Positions 20,801 to 31,668 of a DNA stretch of 64,000 nucleotides are shown piece after piece (the stretch's first letter is position 1; the number at the start of each line of letters is the position of its first letter). Made by a program: the position numbers and the translations under genes. The stretch is from Actinomycetes bacterium (GTDB lineage Bacteria > Actinomycetota > Actinomycetes > S36-B12 > UBA5976): contig JASJMK010000017.1 in assembly GCA_037619625.1 (NCBI GenBank), positions 7,327 through 71,326 of the forward strand, in the 5' to 3' direction. The notes beneath the pieces are model-generated. The model had not been told where the DNA came from and made no database searches. It saw nothing but the letters and a program-made list of their open reading frames with translations.

Positions 20801-22198
20801 TTACTTCGAATCCAACAATGCGAGAATCTCGGGGCACATCATTCCAATATCGCCAGCACCCAGCGTCATGATGATGTCGCCAGGTTTGGCATGGGTAGTC
20901 AGATGCCCAGCAACCTGCGACCAAGAGGGTTCGAATACAACTTGTTCCGGCGAAAGTGGAACATTATTCGCCATAGTGCTGCCAGATGCACCTGGAATTG
21001 GCGTCTCCCCTGGCGCAAATACTTCTAGCACAACCACAAAATCTGCCAGGCCAAGAGCTTGTCCAAATTCTTTCGAAAAAAGTGCAGTGCGGTAGTAATG
21101 ATGTGCTTGGAACGCCGCCAGCACCCGACCAGATCCAACTACGGTTCGGGCAGCACGCAATACCGCATCAATTTCTGTTGGGTGATGTGCGTAATCATCA
21201 AAAACTCGCACACCGTTTACCTCGCCGCGGAACTCAAATCTGCGGTGGGTTCCAGTGAAACTCTCCAGACCCGCTACGCAATCTTGCGATGTGCAGCCTT
21301 GTTCAAGTGCTGCAATAAAAGCAGCCGTGGCATTAAGCGCGTTATGCACCCCTGGAACGAGTAATTTAATGGGACCGTGAGTTTGGTCTCGGTATCGAAT
21401 TGTGAACTCAGAGCCAACGCTCCCGCTGGGCAGCAGAGTCAGTACCGCATCATTTTCGGACCCTTGTCCGTAGCTGATTATTTTCGCCCCAAGTTTTGCT
21501 GCCCGCTTAGCAACTTCCCGGGCACCAGCATCATCGCCACAAACTATCGATGAGCCGCCATTACTTTTTGTGCCCACCATAAAGTCAACGAATGCCTGTT
21601 CAATGGCTGAATAAGTTTCCCAGTAATTCAAATGATCCGCTTCAACATTTGTGACTATGGCAAAAGTTGTTGGCAAAACTAAAAATGTTCCGTCACTTTC
21701 ATCAGCTTCAACAACGAAGAGATCACCAGAACCCTGGTGTGCGTTACTTCCAGATTCATTCATCTCGGAGCCAATTACAAAAGATGGATCCTTACCAGCA
21801 TGTTGCAAAATTACAGTGACCATGGAAGTAGTGGTGGTCTTTCCATGAGTTCCAGCCACGCTAATCGTGGTTGATCCAATAAGTAACTCAGCCAGTGCAG
21901 TAGCTCGATTAATAACTGGGATACCCAGTTCCATTGCTTTAAGTACTTCAGAATTACCTGTGCCAATTGCCGTAGAAACTACAACACACGATGGCAAGGT
22001 GCCCGATATTTCTAATTGATTTTCATCATGACCGACATAAACTGTGGCGCCAAGTGGCTTCAAAGCCTGCAAACGCCTGGAGTCTTTCGCATCACTTCCA
22101 GAAACTTCAACACCTCGAGCGAGCAGTACGCGCGCAATGCCACTCATTCCGGCGCCACCGATACCAATTACGTGTACCCGACTGTTCAAGTAAGTCAT
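20801..22198 (-). CDS. murC: UDP-N-acetylmuramate--L-alanine ligase MurC
   Basis: 465-aa Mur ligase with VHVIGIGGAGMSG and GTHGKTTTT motifs. Confidence 0.95.
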   Translation of the reverse strand: MTYLNSRVHVIGIGGAGMSGIARVLLARGVEVSGSDAKDSRRLQALKPLGATVYVGHDENQLEISGTLPSCVVVSTAIGTGNSEVLKAMELGIPVINRATALAELLIGSTTISVAGTHGKTTTTSMVTVILQHAGKDPSFVIGSEMNESGSNAHQGSGDLFVVEADESDGTFLVLPTTFAIVTNVEADHLNYWETYSAIEQAFVDFMVGTKSNGGSSIVCGDDAGAREVAKRAAKLGAKIISYGQGSENDAVLTLLPSGSVGSEFTIRYRDQTHGPIKLLVPGVHNALNATAAFIAALEQGCTSQDCVAGLESFTGTHRRFEFRGEVNGVRVFDDYAHHPTEIDAVLRAARTVVGSGRVLAAFQAHHYYRTALFSKEFGQALGLADFVVVLEVFAPGETPIPGASGSTMANNVPLSPEQVVFEPSWSQVAGHLTTHAKPGDIIMTLGAGDIGMMCPEILALLDSK

Positions 22199-22201
22199 GG
22201 C

Positions 22202-23281
22202 TTAAGTATTTCGCACTACAGATAGAACTAGGTCTGCAAGGGCTGCAGCTGCATTTTTGTGCCCTAATGCTGCGCTGGCCTTTGCCATCGCCGCTAAGGC
22301 GCTGTCATCTCGCAAAATAGGTAAAATCCGTTTCTCCACAAAGTCTGCAGTAAATTCCAAGTCTGAAATCAACACAGCGCCGCCTTCCGTAACTACCGGC
22401 TGCGCGTTCAAGCTCTGCTCACCATTTCCAATTGGTAGTGGGACAAAACATGCTGGTAATCCGGCGGCAGTTACTTCGGCAACCGTCATGGCGCCAGCCC
22501 GCGCAATCACAAAGTCAACTGCGGAATATGCCAAATCCATTCGATCTAGATAATTCAGTGGGAAATAACTCGAAGAAGCTGGATGTTGGAACTCGTTCTT
22601 TTGGCCAACTATGTGAATCACCGCAATTTGCGCCAGGCTGTCACTGTTCAAGCAATCGTTAATTCCCGAATTCAGTTTTACTGAGCCTTGTGATCCACCA
22701 AAAACTAAAATGGCTTTTGCCTCTGGGCGAATACCAAAAAACTCACGAGCTTCGTTACGAGATTTTTCCCTGTCTAAATTTTCTATCGATTTGCGAAGAG
22801 GGATCCCAATTAGTTGAGCACGTGGCAAACTGCCTGCCACAGTTTCTGCTACCGCGTCCGCAAATCTCGCACCTACTCGGTTTGCTAAACCAGCTCTGGC
22901 ATTGGCTTCGTGAACCACGATTGGAAAGTGTCCGCGCGCAGCTAAGTAAGCGGGTATAGAAACGTAACCACCAAAACCAACTACGACATCAGCCTGTAAT
23001 TCGGTAAGCAAGTTTCTCGTTTGCGCAATTGCAGATCTAAGTCGAGTTGGCAACGTAACTAGTTCTCCGCTTAGCTTCCTAGGTAATGGCACCGCAGGAA
23101 TCAATTCCAGTTTGTATCCTCGGGCCGGGACTAATTCACTTTCAAGTCCGCGCGCCGTGCCTAGCACCGTGATATTTACATTGGGATCAATTAGCTTCAA
23201 ATGATCAGCCAAATTTAGCGCTGGTTCAATATGACCTGCAGTGCCTCCGCCTGCAAGTACTATGTTCACAAAATCTTCCAA
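22202..23281 (-). CDS. murG: Undecaprenyldiphospho-muramoylpentapeptide beta-N-acetylglucosaminyltransferase MurG
   Basis: 359-aa GT28 protein with GGGTAGHIEPAL and ARAGAMTVAE motifs. Confidence 0.95.
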   Translation of the reverse strand: MEDFVNIVLAGGGTAGHIEPALNLADHLKLIDPNVNITVLGTARGLESELVPARGYKLELIPAVPLPRKLSGELVTLPTRLRSAIAQTRNLLTELQADVVVGFGGYVSIPAYLAARGHFPIVVHEANARAGLANRVGARFADAVAETVAGSLPRAQLIGIPLRKSIENLDREKSRNEAREFFGIRPEAKAILVFGGSQGSVKLNSGINDCLNSDSLAQIAVIHIVGQKNEFQHPASSSYFPLNYLDRMDLAYSAVDFVIARAGAMTVAEVTAAGLPACFVPLPIGNGEQSLNAQPVVTEGGAVLISDLEFTADFVEKRILPILRDDSALAAMAKASAALGHKNAAAALADLVLSVVRNT

Positions 23282-23297
23282 TTCATAATTTGAAAAC

Positions 23298-24470
23298 CTA
23301 TTGCCGCTGGCTCTGCATCACGGCTTCGTGCTTCGCAAAAGACATCAATACGCCCATTGCAACCAAACTTGGAATGAGTGAAGATCCGCCATAGCTAACC
23401 ATTGGAAGTGGCACACCTGTGATTGGAAGGATGCCAAGCACAGCGCCTATGTTTACAAGTGCTTGAACAATTATCCAAGTGACAATACCAAGTGCAGCGA
23501 TCTGAATGAAAGCTTCGTTAGTGCCACGAGCGATTCGCAAACCAATTACGGCGATAGTGACAAAAAGTACCAGAACAGTCATGGTTCCCAGAATTCCAAG
23601 TTCTTCACCTATGACCGCATATATAAAGTCAGTGTGTGCCTCAGGAAGTGTTCCCCATTTTTCTCGCGAACCACCAAGGCCAACTCCCCACCAGCCACCA
23701 GATCCGAGCGCCTGCTGGCCTCGAATAACTTGGAAACCCGTTCCTTGCGCATCGGCAAACGGATCCAGCCAAGAAGTGAATCGAGCCATTCGATATGGCG
23801 CAGCTATCGACAATGCAGCAATTGCTGACAACGCAGCAATTGCCATCGCGGCAAACCATTTCCGCGGCGCCCCCACAAAATAAAGTAGCGATGCCATGAT
23901 TGGCATCATGACCATTGCAGTACCTAAATCGCCCTGCAACATGATTAAAACTAAAACCATTAAACAAACTGGAACTAATGGAATAAGAAGATGGTTGCGC
24001 TGCTCTAACAAATGATATTTTTTATCTAAAACATCTGCACCCCACAAAACCACTGCTAATTTTGCAAATTCTGAAGGTTGGATTCGAAATGGACCACCAA
24101 ATTCGATCCAGTTTTTTTGTCCGTAACGGGCAGTTCCAATAATGAGAACCGCAATTAACAAAATTCCTACGCCCACCATAAATAAGGTGGACCAGCGTCG
24201 AATTGAGTCAACGTGCATTTTAGAAACTGCCATCATTAAGAAAACTCCGAGCGCAGCGAATACAAGTTGTCTAGTTGCTAGCGCCCATGAGTTCCCATCA
24301 TTTTGCTGATAAGAAAAAACACTAGAAGATGACGCAACCATAACAACACCCATAGTGAGCAAGAAACCAGTGGCACCGAGCAAAATTTGGTAATGCACCA
24401 TTGGGTGCTCGAGTCGAGCCGCTAGGCCACCTTCGAAGTTACGTTCTTTAACTGAGCGCTTTGTTGTCAT
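23298..24470 (-). CDS. ftsW: Peptidoglycan glycosyltransferase FtsW (SEDS family)
   Basis: Polytopic SEDS protein with QPSEFAKL, PEAHTDFI and SYGGSS motifs. The internal ATG at 24470 forms an ATGA overlap with the murD stop, and the ORF-track extension to 24548 runs inside murD. Confidence 0.92.
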   Translation of the reverse strand: MTTKRSVKERNFEGGLAARLEHPMVHYQILLGATGFLLTMGVVMVASSSSVFSYQQNDGNSWALATRQLVFAALGVFLMMAVSKMHVDSIRRWSTLFMVGVGILLIAVLIIGTARYGQKNWIEFGGPFRIQPSEFAKLAVVLWGADVLDKKYHLLEQRNHLLIPLVPVCLMVLVLIMLQGDLGTAMVMMPIMASLLYFVGAPRKWFAAMAIAALSAIAALSIAAPYRMARFTSWLDPFADAQGTGFQVIRGQQALGSGGWWGVGLGGSREKWGTLPEAHTDFIYAVIGEELGILGTMTVLVLFVTIAVIGLRIARGTNEAFIQIAALGIVTWIIVQALVNIGAVLGILPITGVPLPMVSYGGSSLIPSLVAMGVLMSFAKHEAVMQSQRQ

Positions 24471-25906
24471 GGGGAAAGCGCCTTTACTGCTGCGGCAAAT
24501 GCATCTCCGCGTGCTGCGTAATCTGCAAACATATCCCAAGACGCGCATCCAGGAGCGAGTAGAACAGTATCGCCAGTCTTGGCCAAACTTGCTGCCATGC
24601 CTACAACTAGCTCCATTACATTAGTTTCCTTTGTCGTTATGCGATGAATTGGGACATTCGGTGCGTGTCGCGTAAGCGCCGCAGCGATTAGTTCTTGGTC
24701 AACTCCAAGTAGCACAACAGCGCGCATTCGATGTGCGGTATCTAAAACAAGCTGATCAAAATCTTGACCTTTAGCCATACCGCCAGCAATCCAAACCACA
24801 GATTCATAAGCCGTTAGCGATGTGGCTGCTGCGTGTGTATTTGTTGCCTTGGAATCGTCTACGTAGTCAACGTCATTAATGCGCGCTACCTGAGAAATTC
24901 GGTGTGGTGCTGGCTGCCAAGCACGCAGGCCATCTCGAATTGCCCGAGCATCAATTCCGTGTGCGCGAGCTAATGCGCTGGCTGCCAAGGCATTCAAAAT
25001 ATTGTGTGTGGCTGGCGTTGCGATGTCAGAAATTTCTGCCAGTTCAAGTGCAGCGTCTTTACGATTTTCTAGAAATGCGCGGTCAACAAGAAATTCTTCA
25101 ACCACTCCGACCATGGATATATCTGGGATTCCAGCAGTGAATCCAATTGCCCGACAGCCATCTACAACTTCTGCTTGTTCGACCATGCGAATCGTTTCGT
25201 CATCTGCAACGTTAAATATCGCGGCAACCTGGCAGCGCTCATAAATACGGGATTTAGCCGCGCGATAAGCCTCGAATGAACCAAACAAGTCGATGTGATC
25301 CGAGGCTAAGTTTAGGCAAACTGCAGCCTGCGGCGACATAGTGTGCACGAATGGCAGCTGCGGAGCCCCAACTTCGATTGCCAGCACATCCCATGGGGTT
25401 GGGTCCATGACAACTTCGACTAGGGACCGACCAATATTTCCGGCCGCAACTGTGCGCTTTCCTGCCGTTAACAAAATCGATTCCAACATTAATGTCGTGG
25501 TGGTTTTGCCGTTAGTACCAGTTACTACTAGCCAAGGAGCGGGATGATCTGGATCTCTTAAGCGCCAGGCAAGTTCGAGTTCTCCCCAGATTGGTAACTC
25601 GGCAAGTTGCGCCGCCGCCACGATAGGCGCAAGTGGCGATACTCCTGGCGACAAGACAAGTAAATCAATCTCACTTGGCAACTCAGTGTCATTGCCTAGG
25701 CGAACATCAGCGCCAAGAATTTCCAAGATAGTTGCGCGCTCCTGTTGACGCTCTTTGGTTGCGGCGTCAACCACGATTACCTGAGCACCTAAGTTCACTA
25801 ATGCATCGGCAGCTGCAAAACCAGCAACACCGAGTCCCACCACGCAAACACGAACATTAGTCCAGTCGCTAGTTCTTGATAAGCCAGCAATATTTAGGGA
25901 AGCCAT
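24467..25906 (-). CDS. murD: UDP-N-acetylmuramoylalanine--D-glutamate ligase MurD
   Basis: Mur ligase with VVGLGVAGFAAA and GTNGKTTTT motifs. Start at MASLNIAG (25906), 5 nt after the mraY stop. The ORF-track start at 25963 overlaps mraY. Confidence 0.92.
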   Translation of the reverse strand: MASLNIAGLSRTSDWTNVRVCVVGLGVAGFAAADALVNLGAQVIVVDAATKERQQERATILEILGADVRLGNDTELPSEIDLLVLSPGVSPLAPIVAAAQLAELPIWGELELAWRLRDPDHPAPWLVVTGTNGKTTTTLMLESILLTAGKRTVAAGNIGRSLVEVVMDPTPWDVLAIEVGAPQLPFVHTMSPQAAVCLNLASDHIDLFGSFEAYRAAKSRIYERCQVAAIFNVADDETIRMVEQAEVVDGCRAIGFTAGIPDISMVGVVEEFLVDRAFLENRKDAALELAEISDIATPATHNILNALAASALARAHGIDARAIRDGLRAWQPAPHRISQVARINDVDYVDDSKATNTHAAATSLTAYESVVWIAGGMAKGQDFDQLVLDTAHRMRAVVLLGVDQELIAAALTRHAPNVPIHRITTKETNVMELVVGMAASLAKTGDTVLLAPGCASWDMFADYAARGDAFAAAVKALSP

Positions 25907-25911
25907 AATTT

Positions 25912-26991
25912 TTACTGACGCACCCATTCGGCGTAAAACAATGCCATGCCAGCACCTACACATAGTCCTTGGATAATCCAGAAGCGGACAACGATTTGTA
26001 CTTCAGGCCAGCCCTTCAATTCAAAATGATGATGCAACGGTGCCATTCGAAATACCCGACGTCCGGTTGCTTTATAAACTCCTACTTGAGTGATAACCGA
26101 AAGTGTGATCAAAACAAATAAGCCACCAATTAGTAAAAGTAAAAGTTCAGTTCGAGTCATTAATGCCAGCGCAGCCAAGCCACCACCTAGAGCAAGAGAA
26201 CCAGTGTCTCCCATAAAGATTTGCGCAGGGCTGGAATTCCACCACAAAAATCCAAAACAAGCTCCCGCGCACGCAGCAGCGAATACTGCAAGATCAAGGG
26301 GATCGCGAACTGTGTAACATCTTGGGATTTCTCCCCAAAAACAACTTTGGCCATACTGCCAGATCGACATGACCGTGTATGCAATGAAAGCTACGAGAGC
26401 TGCACCCGTTGCAAGACCGTCAAGTCCGTCGGTGAGATTTACGCCATTTGAAATACCAGTTACTAGAAACCAAATCCAAAGTATTAATACGGCCGAAGGC
26501 AAAATCCAATTCGTATCTCTTACCCACGAGATTGCGTTACTAATTGGCATGTTGTTGCCCTCGTCGGGAAACTGCATAGCTAGGTATCCAAATGAAAGAG
26601 CAGCAACTGCCTGGCCAAGTAACTTGGTTCTTGCTCGAATTCCAGTACTTCGTTGCTTGAAAATCTTTAAATAATCGTCGGCGACTCCAACCAAGCTCAG
26701 CGCAAACATCAAATAGATTGCTAACAATCCGGAAACAGTAGGTGGGCGCATCATAATTAAATGTGCCAAGAAGTACGCCAGAACTACCGAGCCAACAATG
26801 GCAACTCCGCCCATTGATGGCGTGCCAAATTTACTGCCATGCGCGGGATAATTAACGTCGCTTGTTGATTCTCTAATTGCTTGCGCAATACCTCGACGTC
26901 GCAAGAAATTGATGAGTAACGGAGTTCCGATTAACGAGAACAAAGTTGCCAGGCCACCTGCAAGTACTACGAGCTTCACTCTTGGCTCCAC
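25912..26991 (-). CDS. mraY: Phospho-N-acetylmuramoyl-pentapeptide transferase MraY
   Basis: 359-aa polytopic protein with NLTDGLDGLA, MGDTGSLALGG and APLHHHFE motifs. An alternative GTG start at 26979 would give a GTGA overlap with murF. Confidence 0.94.
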   Translation of the reverse strand: MEPRVKLVVLAGGLATLFSLIGTPLLINFLRRRGIAQAIRESTSDVNYPAHGSKFGTPSMGGVAIVGSVVLAYFLAHLIMMRPPTVSGLLAIYLMFALSLVGVADDYLKIFKQRSTGIRARTKLLGQAVAALSFGYLAMQFPDEGNNMPISNAISWVRDTNWILPSAVLILWIWFLVTGISNGVNLTDGLDGLATGAALVAFIAYTVMSIWQYGQSCFWGEIPRCYTVRDPLDLAVFAAACAGACFGFLWWNSSPAQIFMGDTGSLALGGGLAALALMTRTELLLLLIGGLFVLITLSVITQVGVYKATGRRVFRMAPLHHHFELKGWPEVQIVVRFWIIQGLCVGAGMALFYAEWVRQ

Positions 26992-28385
26992 TTCATTCGC
27001 AGGCGAGCTTGGATATCTGATGCCAACACCTCAAATTGTTCAGACCGCGAGGCTTTAAACAAAACGATGTCTCCAGAATTGACTTCACTGCAAATGTAGT
27101 CTGTTGCGGCTTGGAAATCGGGTAACCACACCGCTTTCTGCGCCTGATCAGTGAGATCGGGAAGTCCATAGACTCGCCCATTCTCCCCCACTGCTACCAA
27201 ATGCGAAATTCCAATTTGTGATCCGTGAGCAATAACGTCATGATGCAACTCAACACTTTTCGGGCCAAGTTCATGCATCATTCCCAGGACTGCCCAAGTC
27301 CTCAAGGAGCCAGGAATGTTTTGCAAAGTATCAAGTGCAGCAACCATTGATTCTGGATTTGCATTGTAAGCGTCGTTAATTATTGTTATGTCACCCGGCA
27401 AGTTGTGAACTTCCAAACGCCATTTACTTACTTGCTGCAGGCCGGCAAGTGCTTCGACAATTTGCGAAAGTTCCATTCCGACTGCGATGCCAACAGCAGC
27501 TGCGGCCAAGGCGTTTGTCACATTGTGTTCACCCAAGATCGGGATACTGGCCGATGTTCGATAGCCGAGATAAACCAAATCAAATTTGTAAGTACCGTTA
27601 CTGGTTAGTTCCAATTTCTCAGCCCGAATGTCAGCCTGATTAGAAAATCCGTAAGTAAAAACCGTGGCTTTAGTTAAATTGCGCATTGCAAGTACGCGGG
27701 AATCGTCCGCATTCAAAATTGCAACTCCTGAATCAGTTAACGATTGAACTAGCTCGGACTTTGCTTGGGCAATTCCTTCGATACTTCCGACTTCACCCAT
27801 GTGAGCCTGCCCAACATTAGTGACCACACCAATTGTTGGACGAGCGATTTCGCAAAGTGAAGCAATGTGATGCAGACCTCGCATCCCCATCTCTGCAACT
27901 AAATACCGAATGCCTGGCGCAGCAGCCAAAATGGTAAGCGGCAAACCAAGTTCGTTATTTGGTGAACCAATTGGCGCATGCGTTGGGCCAGCATGAGATA
28001 ACACTTGCCCGATCATGTCTTTAGTTGAAGTTTTTCCAGAAGATCCTGTTATCCCAATTACTTCTACACCCGTCATTAGATTTCGGACATGTGTTGCAAG
28101 TCTTCCTAGCGCAGAAATAACTGAATCAAGTTCACTAGAACTAGTTGGTGCAACGACTTGATCGCCACTGACTTCCCGTGAAGTTAGGAAGGCTACCGCG
28201 CCATTAGCTTTAGCTTGGATTAAATGATCATGGCCATCGGTGCGTTCGCCCAAGATGGCACAGAATAAGTCACCAGGTTTAGTGGTTCGAGAGTCAGTGG
28301 AGATACCAGTGACCCGAATATTTGGCTTACCAATTAGAGTCCCATCAATAATTTGAGCAACTTGAGAAAGTGATAAATCAAACAA
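26976..28385 (-). CDS. murF: UDP-N-acetylmuramoyl-tripeptide--D-alanyl-D-alanine ligase MurF
   Basis: 469-aa Mur ligase with GITGSSGKTSTK. The apparent TTG start overlaps the murE stop by 8 nt. Confidence 0.92.
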   Translation of the reverse strand: MFDLSLSQVAQIIDGTLIGKPNIRVTGISTDSRTTKPGDLFCAILGERTDGHDHLIQAKANGAVAFLTSREVSGDQVVAPTSSSELDSVISALGRLATHVRNLMTGVEVIGITGSSGKTSTKDMIGQVLSHAGPTHAPIGSPNNELGLPLTILAAAPGIRYLVAEMGMRGLHHIASLCEIARPTIGVVTNVGQAHMGEVGSIEGIAQAKSELVQSLTDSGVAILNADDSRVLAMRNLTKATVFTYGFSNQADIRAEKLELTSNGTYKFDLVYLGYRTSASIPILGEHNVTNALAAAAVGIAVGMELSQIVEALAGLQQVSKWRLEVHNLPGDITIINDAYNANPESMVAALDTLQNIPGSLRTWAVLGMMHELGPKSVELHHDVIAHGSQIGISHLVAVGENGRVYGLPDLTDQAQKAVWLPDFQAATDYICSEVNSGDIVLFKASRSEQFEVLASDIQARLRMKWSQE

Positions 28386-29856
28386 GTTCGGACTCCTGCG
28401 CTGCTACCAAGCGATCATCAAACGGAAAAATCTCGCCGTTTATTTCTTGCCCTGTTTCGTGACCTTTGCCGAGTATGGCAACGGCATCACCTGGCTGGGA
28501 GATTCGCAATGCCATCGCAATCGCTTCGCGGCGATTAGCTATTTCAAAAACTTTTGCAGATTTAGCATCTATTCCTGCCATCATCTCACGTCTGATTTTT
28601 GCCGGATCTTCTGATCGAGGGTTGTCATCGGTGATTATGACAACGTCCGATAATTGCGCAGCAACGCGGCCCATGATTGGTCGCTTCATGGCATCTCGAT
28701 CACCACCACATCCAATTACCGTAATAAGTTGACCAACACCGGATTCACTAATTGTTTTGAGGGCAGTCGCCACTGCATCGGGAGTGTGGGCATAGTCCAC
28801 AATTACGGCGCCACTACTTGCAATCTTCACGCTTTCGAGTCGACCTGGAATTGCTCTAATCTTTCGAAGTGATTCAATACCTTTAGCCAATGGCAAACCG
28901 AGTATTTCACCAGCCGCTAACGCGCAACTTGCGTTCATCGCGTTGTAGGCACCGAGCATATTTACTTCAATCGAAAAACTAACACCATCTGAACGTTGAA
29001 TTTCTTGTGTAGTGAATCCAACCGAACTTGCGGTTGCAGGTTCGGTTTTCCAATCTCCAGTTTTCCCAATTGAGATCGCAGGAATTTCTATTTGCTCGAA
29101 AAGCTTTTTTCCCCAGTCATCGTCTACGCAAACAACAGCTGTTTTGGCATAACTTGAAGTGAATAATTTAGCTTTGGCAGCAAAGTAATGTTCCATTGAG
29201 CCATGGAAATCCAAGTGGTCCTGTGTCAGGTTTGTGAAAATAGCAACATCAAACTGCAAGCCTAAAACTCGATTTAATTCCAAGGCATGGCTGGATACTT
29301 CCATGAATACGTGAGTTATGCCACGCTCCGCCATTACCGCCAAAACAGCAAATAGATCAGTAGCTTCTGGTGTTGTGCGCGCAGTCGGGATTGATTCCAG
29401 ATCCAAGAAAGTTCCTAATGTCCCAACAACTCCGACATGGGCACCAGAATCAAGAAACATTGAGCGCAACATATGCGTGGTTGTAGTTTTTCCGTTAGTT
29501 CCCGTTACTCCAACAATTTTAAGTTTGGTTTCTGGGTGCCCATAAATCGCGGCTGCTAACTTAGCCATATCTTTTCTAGCTTCACTTAGTTCCAGGCAAG
29601 GCACTTGTTTAGTGTCGAGTAATTTGTTCCCTTTGGAGTCGGTTGCGATTGCGACTGCGCCATTACTTATTGCCTGATCTATGTACTCAATCCCATGAGT
29701 ATTGGCACCGGGAAGGGCGACGTACAAATCCCCCGGTTGTACTGATCGAGAGTCGTGGGTAATGCCAGTGACAGTTGCCTCGCCTTTGTAACTTCCCGAG
29801 ACAAGTGTCGCCAGCTCGGATAGTGAGGAATTGATCTTTACTGGTCGTATGTCCAT
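28378..29856 (-). CDS. murE: UDP-N-acetylmuramoyl-L-alanyl-D-glutamate--2,6-diaminopimelate ligase MurE
   Basis: 492-aa Mur ligase with GVTGTNGKTTTT and the DNPR motif typical of mDAP-adding MurE. Confidence 0.93.
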   Translation of the reverse strand: MDIRPVKINSSLSELATLVSGSYKGEATVTGITHDSRSVQPGDLYVALPGANTHGIEYIDQAISNGAVAIATDSKGNKLLDTKQVPCLELSEARKDMAKLAAAIYGHPETKLKIVGVTGTNGKTTTTHMLRSMFLDSGAHVGVVGTLGTFLDLESIPTARTTPEATDLFAVLAVMAERGITHVFMEVSSHALELNRVLGLQFDVAIFTNLTQDHLDFHGSMEHYFAAKAKLFTSSYAKTAVVCVDDDWGKKLFEQIEIPAISIGKTGDWKTEPATASSVGFTTQEIQRSDGVSFSIEVNMLGAYNAMNASCALAAGEILGLPLAKGIESLRKIRAIPGRLESVKIASSGAVIVDYAHTPDAVATALKTISESGVGQLITVIGCGGDRDAMKRPIMGRVAAQLSDVVIITDDNPRSEDPAKIRREMMAGIDAKSAKVFEIANRREAIAMALRISQPGDAVAILGKGHETGQEINGEIFPFDDRLVAAQESELV

Positions 29857-29868
29857 TTAGTAAAGCTC

Positions 29869-31668
29869 CTACCATGCAACTGGGAGCTTAGGCGGTTTTG
29901 AAGTAGACGGTGGAACTTTGTTATTCGCTAACGCATAGGTCATGGCAGTTTTAAACACTGGACCTGCAACAACGCTTCCGTAAGTACTGGTCTTGGGATT
30001 ATGCACGCTAATAGCCATTACAAATGCTGGATTTTCAGCCGGCGCCATCCCAATGAAGGACGAGGTGTATCCGTTGTAGCCGCCCGTGGCTTGGTCATAT
30101 CTATTTGCGGTTCCAGTTTTACCTGCCACTCGGTACCCCGGAATTTGCATACTTCGGGCCGTGCCATCTTCGGAAACAACGCTCTCGAGCATTTCGCGCA
30201 CAGTCTTTGCAGTTTCGGCACTCACCACTCGTTGGCCTTCGCTCAATACTGTTGGCTCAAATACCCCTTGCGAATTTGAGTAACCTGAAATCAATCGTGG
30301 CTTCATTCGAATCCCATCATTTGCAATCGTTGCAAAGACGCTTGCTGCCTGCACAACATTCACTGATAGTCCTTGCCCAAATGCCAAAGTTGGAAACGTG
30401 GTATCTGACCACTGGTTTTCATCTTCAATATCTGGAAGTGAGCCAGCACTTTCACCTGGAAAATTCATGCCAGTTGATTCGCCTATTCCAAACTTCTGGA
30501 GATACTTATAGAAAGTTTTCTCACCGATAGTTTCAGATGCCAAAATTGTTCCGATGTTACTTGACTTAGCTAACACGCCAGTAAGGGTTAACTGTAAGTC
30601 GCCGTGATCGTTGTAGTCCTTAAATGAAGAACCACCACGGGAAATGCGATTGGGAACTAGGTATGGAGTTTCTGGCCGTGCGCCACCTTCTTCAATCACG
30701 GCTGCCATGGTCATGACTTTGCTCGTTGACCCAGGTTCAAAGACATCAGTTACCGCAGAATTACGCTTGTCATGATCTGAAGAAGCAAAAGGGTCATTTG
30801 GATCAAAAGTTGGATAAGTTGCAAGAGCTAAAATATTGCCGGTTCCTGGCTCGACGACTACGGCAACACCACCCTCAGCGCCAGTTGCAACTATCTGATC
30901 CTGTAGTGATCGCTCAAGCGTTGCCTGCAAGTCAGCATCAATTGTGAGTCGCACGGAAAGTCCATTAACTGGTTCAATACTTTGTCTCTCGCTCGCTGGA
31001 ATTTCGCGGCCATTTACTCGCTCAACGGTTAACTTTCCATCCTCACCACTGAGTTGCTTGTTTAACCCAAACTCCAGTCCGCCAAGACCAGAGCCTTCCG
31101 CGCCAACATATCCAACGATGCTTGCGGCGAGAGTGCCGTTGGGATACGCCCGATTAGTAGTTGGCTCACTGAAAACACCAGGAATCCCAAGCTCGGCGAC
31201 TCGTTTCCAAGTTTCTGTAGTAATTCGTTTTGCTACGTAGGAAAATCGCGAATCAATAGTTAAGGATTCGATTATTTTGTCCTGGTCAATTCCAAGGATT
31301 GGGGATAACGCCGCTGCAGTGCCAACTGGGTCTGTAATTAGTTTTGGGTCCACCGTAACGTTACGGGCCAAGATGGTAGTTGCGACTGGTACACCGTTTC
31401 GATCAGTAAAGCCACCGCGCAGTGCTGGCAACAGTAAAGTCTGGATCCGAGAATTTTGCGCATTAGCTGCAAGCTCAGGCCCACGAACAATTTGGATTTC
31501 AACTAACCGTGTTACGTATAGCGACATGATGAGCAAGAAAATTATGGTGGTAAATCTAATTCGTTTGCGCGGACTTTCCAGGGGAATCATCACTGGATAC
31601 TTTGGCGCAACTGGCTGTGGCTGAGTTGGTCTTGGCCGTTGGCTTAGTTGTGGACCGTTAATGCTCAT
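29869..31668 (-). CDS. ftsI: Division-specific class B penicillin-binding protein (FtsI/PbpB)
   Basis: 599-aa ORF with an N-terminal TM, the transpeptidase motifs STSK, SSN and KTGT, and a PBP dimerisation domain. ATGA overlap with ftsL. Confidence 0.92.
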   Translation of the reverse strand: MSINGPQLSQRPRPTQPQPVAPKYPVMIPLESPRKRIRFTTIIFLLIMSLYVTRLVEIQIVRGPELAANAQNSRIQTLLLPALRGGFTDRNGVPVATTILARNVTVDPKLITDPVGTAAALSPILGIDQDKIIESLTIDSRFSYVAKRITTETWKRVAELGIPGVFSEPTTNRAYPNGTLAASIVGYVGAEGSGLGGLEFGLNKQLSGEDGKLTVERVNGREIPASERQSIEPVNGLSVRLTIDADLQATLERSLQDQIVATGAEGGVAVVVEPGTGNILALATYPTFDPNDPFASSDHDKRNSAVTDVFEPGSTSKVMTMAAVIEEGGARPETPYLVPNRISRGGSSFKDYNDHGDLQLTLTGVLAKSSNIGTILASETIGEKTFYKYLQKFGIGESTGMNFPGESAGSLPDIEDENQWSDTTFPTLAFGQGLSVNVVQAASVFATIANDGIRMKPRLISGYSNSQGVFEPTVLSEGQRVVSAETAKTVREMLESVVSEDGTARSMQIPGYRVAGKTGTANRYDQATGGYNGYTSSFIGMAPAENPAFVMAISVHNPKTSTYGSVVAGPVFKTAMTYALANNKVPPSTSKPPKLPVAW